DNA from: a virus
Lineage: Duplodnaviria > Heunggongvirae > Uroviricota > Caudoviricetes
Strand: one strand, 5' to 3'
DNA: 17,950 nt
Virus record (IMG/VR): IMGVR_UViG_2663763326_000011
Part shown: positions 15,990-17,950 of the stretch, in pieces
Position numbering within the stretch: the first letter of the stretch is position 1
Layout: each line of letters begins with the position of its first letter
Program-made: the position numbers and the translations under genes
Notes under the pieces: model-generated
What the model was told of the DNA's origin: nothing
Seen by the model: only the letters and a program-made list of their open reading frames with translations
Databases searched by the model: none

Positions 15990-16754
15990 ATGACTACAAC
16001 GGTATATGATCGTGTTAACGCCTTAGTAGCGACCGACTCTAGGTGGTCTGTTGATCTTAGCCCACATGGCTACGATGGTCATATCCTGTATATTGACGAT
16101 ACCGGCTTCGGTAAGCTAGCTCCACGAAATGATTTTGTTATGCTTTTAGCCGGTGATGGTCTTTTGATTCAGTTATGGAAGCATTGGTGGCGAGGAGACC
16201 TATCTCAACAAGAACCACCAGTTGTTTTACCTACTGGTCAATCGGTAAATTTACATATTGTGAAAAAATCAACTAATGAAGTGATTTTTGATAAAGGTCA
16301 AAAATTAGTTGTAAAAAATAACGAAACGGAAGAACTGTTCGCTGTCTTTACAGGCTCAGGATGCGGTGCTGCTGCGCAAAACTGGATGTATAGCCATTGC
16401 GCAAGATCAGCAATTGAAGAATCTAAAAAGCTTGACCCATACACTGGCGGCACTGTACGTTTTTTAGACTTCAGGACTAACGCATCATTAGTAGAAGACT
16501 CTGTTTCAACCATTAGCGAAGTAAACGAAGCTCTATTGCAGAGGGGGCTGATTATGGATACCAAAAACCCACATTCACCACACGTTTCTATCAGTGCACA
16601 AGAAGTTGCTGAAGTTCGTCAAATGCTGGTTAGTGGTTCAATTACCCCATGTGCACCAGTAGGCCAAAGAACCCAAGATTGGGATGACAACTCCAAATTG
16701 CGTTTAGCAAATGCTATTCAGCGTATTCGTGAAGAAGAAGCACAAATGCGATAA
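15990..16754 (+). CDS. Proteasome-beta/HslV-like N-terminal-threonine hydrolase fold protein with C-terminal extension
   Basis: 254 aa. Begins MTTT (Thr at position 2, as in HslV MTTIV); LVATDSRWS aligns with proteasome VLGADSR/ADTR; Lys41; LLAGDG resembles HslV AGFAGG; FTGSGCGAAAQ resembles HslV IGSGGPYAQAAA. AT-rich gene with no clear SD. Confidence 0.7.
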   Translation: MTTTVYDRVNALVATDSRWSVDLSPHGYDGHILYIDDTGFGKLAPRNDFVMLLAGDGLLIQLWKHWWRGDLSQQEPPVVLPTGQSVNLHIVKKSTNEVIFDKGQKLVVKNNETEELFAVFTGSGCGAAAQNWMYSHCARSAIEESKKLDPYTGGTVRFLDFRTNASLVEDSVSTISEVNEALLQRGLIMDTKNPHSPHVSISAQEVAEVRQMLVSGSITPCAPVGQRTQDWDDNSKLRLANAIQRIREEEAQMR

Positions 16755-16771
16755 ATGGAATAAGTAAGCCT

Positions 16772-16802
16772 AAAAAGCTGCCTATCATACAGGCAGCTTT
16801 TT
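16772..16802. terminator. Strong bidirectional Rho-independent terminator
   Basis: AAAAAGCTGCCT (16772-16783), 7-nt loop, AGGCAGCTTTTT (16791-16802): 12-bp perfect complementarity with an A-tract upstream and a T-tract downstream. Confidence 0.75.
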
Positions 16803-17332
16803 AGTCCGTTTCCCCATTCTATGTAAATACACTTCCTAAAAATAGCGATTAACTTACCTCTCACAATCAATTTCACGAGCAATACGCGTGCGCAGTACAA
16901 CAAGCCTGAACAGGGTTACACACCTCGATCGTGAGCGATGTAGACAATGGCTTTTGACCAAAGCACCCGAAAAAACCGTGTACATAAGGGTGTACGTAAT
17001 CAAAAATCGCATTAGGAAGAAACCAGCTACAATGCGGCATTGAAGCCAATACTCTACAAACAGATTCAGAATATCGAGTAAGCGACATATCTCCGTAGGC
17101 CGTTGTTAATTACAGCGGCGCTACGCATATAGTTTCGTCCTCATATTTATTTACTCCATACTTTTTCTAATGCATTTTACTTATCACAAAATCAGAAAAA
17201 TGCATTCTTACTACAGAAAATAGCAATTTCACATAACTACAAATTATCAATCTATTCTCTCCTTAAAAAATCTCAATCGTGACAATGCGCACAAATCGCT
17301 ACCCTTCCAGACAGATTTTTAGGGAGAGAACC

Positions 17333-17950
17333 ATGCTGTTACACATTTTGTATTTGGTTGGCATTACTGCCGAAGCCATGACGGGGGCGCTGGCGGCCGG
17401 ACGACGGCGCATGGATACATTTGGCGTAATTATTATTGCGACCGCCACGGCAATTGGCGGAGGGTCAGTGCGCGATATTCTGCTGGGCCACTATCCGCTC
17501 GGCTGGGTCAAACACCCGGAATATGTGATTATCGTCGCTACCGCTGCAGTACTCACCACTATAGTTGCTCCTGTAATGCCTTATCTGCGCAAAGTGTTTC
17601 TGGTGCTCGATGCGCTCGGACTGGTGGTATTTTCTATCATCGGCGCACAGGTTGCTCTGGATATGGGGCACGGCCCGATTATTGCCGTTGTCGCGGCGGT
17701 AACCACCGGCGTGTTTGGCGGCGTTTTGCGCGATATGTTCTGTAAACGCATCCCACTGGTATTCCAGAAAGAGTTGTATGCGGGTGTCTCATTTGCCTCC
17801 GCCGTGCTGTACATCGCGCTGCAACACTATGTTTCTAACCATGATGTGGTGATTATCTCCACCCTGGTATTCGGCTTTTTTGCCCGTTTACTGGCGCTAC
17901 GTCTTAAGCTGGGATTACCGGTCTTTTACTACAGCCACGAAGGTCACTAA
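17333..17950 (+). CDS. yicG: UPF0126-family inner-membrane protein (YicG-like), complete
   Basis: 205 aa from ATG 17333 (SD AGGGAGAG 17321-17328) to TAA 17948-17950. The sequence [52 protein letters not shown]... matches my recollection of E. coli YicG; glycine-rich TM repeats typical of UPF0126. The ORF-track start at 17279 is an upstream extension. Confidence 0.8.
   Translation: MLLHILYLVGITAEAMTGALAAGRRRMDTFGVIIIATATAIGGGSVRDILLGHYPLGWVKHPEYVIIVATAAVLTTIVAPVMPYLRKVFLVLDALGLVVFSIIGAQVALDMGHGPIIAVVAAVTTGVFGGVLRDMFCKRIPLVFQKELYAGVSFASAVLYIALQHYVSNHDVVIISTLVFGFFARLLALRLKLGLPVFYYSHEGH

Larger units (their letters stand above)
1..16802. mobile_element. P4/PICI-family integrative phage-satellite-like island; left end outside window, right end approximate
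   Basis: Gene content and order: P4-type integrase, AlpA-like regulator, antirepressor-like gene, primase plus SF3 helicase, iteron clusters, then cargo. A core gene (yicG-like) follows a strong bidirectional terminator at 16772-16802. No att repeat could be identified because the integrase-proximal end is outside the window. Confidence 0.6.

Noticed and set aside
16873-17088. Minus-strand 71-aa ORF in the island to yicG intergenic region
   Set aside because: Cys/His-rich implausible translation, no RBS; the region is more likely noncoding junction or promoter DNA.
17279-17332. Upstream extension of yicG to the ATG at 17279
   Set aside because: The ATG at 17333 has a good SD (AGGGAGAG) and gives the 205-aa length I recall for YicG; the extension adds a basic non-conserved leader.
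1-17950. tRNA, rRNA or tmRNA genes and an identifiable att direct repeat
   Set aside because: No cloverleaf-compatible segment or rRNA-like sequence was found by eye; the integrase-proximal att site lies outside the window, so att repeats cannot be assigned.

Overview
Most of this window (1 to about 16,800) is one integrative phage-satellite-like island of the P4/PICI family, followed by a core-genome gene that matches E. coli yicG (17333-17950). The island's left edge coincides with the start of a P4-type tyrosine integrase, so the attachment site lies outside the window. The conserved backbone runs int, an overlapping ORF, AlpA-like regulator, AntA/KilAC-like antirepressor, a chain of small translationally coupled genes, then a zinc-ribbon/Toprim primase and an SF3-type helicase that appear split by a frameshift inside the Toprim domain. 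Downstream, two diverged, mutually inverted clusters of the 9-bp iteron GTTGGTTCA (9172-9282 and 15376-15496) bracket a ~6.1-kb cargo segment. That cargo holds a small ribbon-helix-helix (RHH)-like gene coupled to two large low-complexity proteins, and a convergent membrane-protein module. To the right of the second cluster sit a PerC-like regulator and the strongest candidate novelty: a solitary 254-aa protein with the proteasome-beta/HslV N-terminal-threonine hydrolase motif set. No tRNA, rRNA or CRISPR array was found. All product calls rest on motif recognition by eye; no database search was run.
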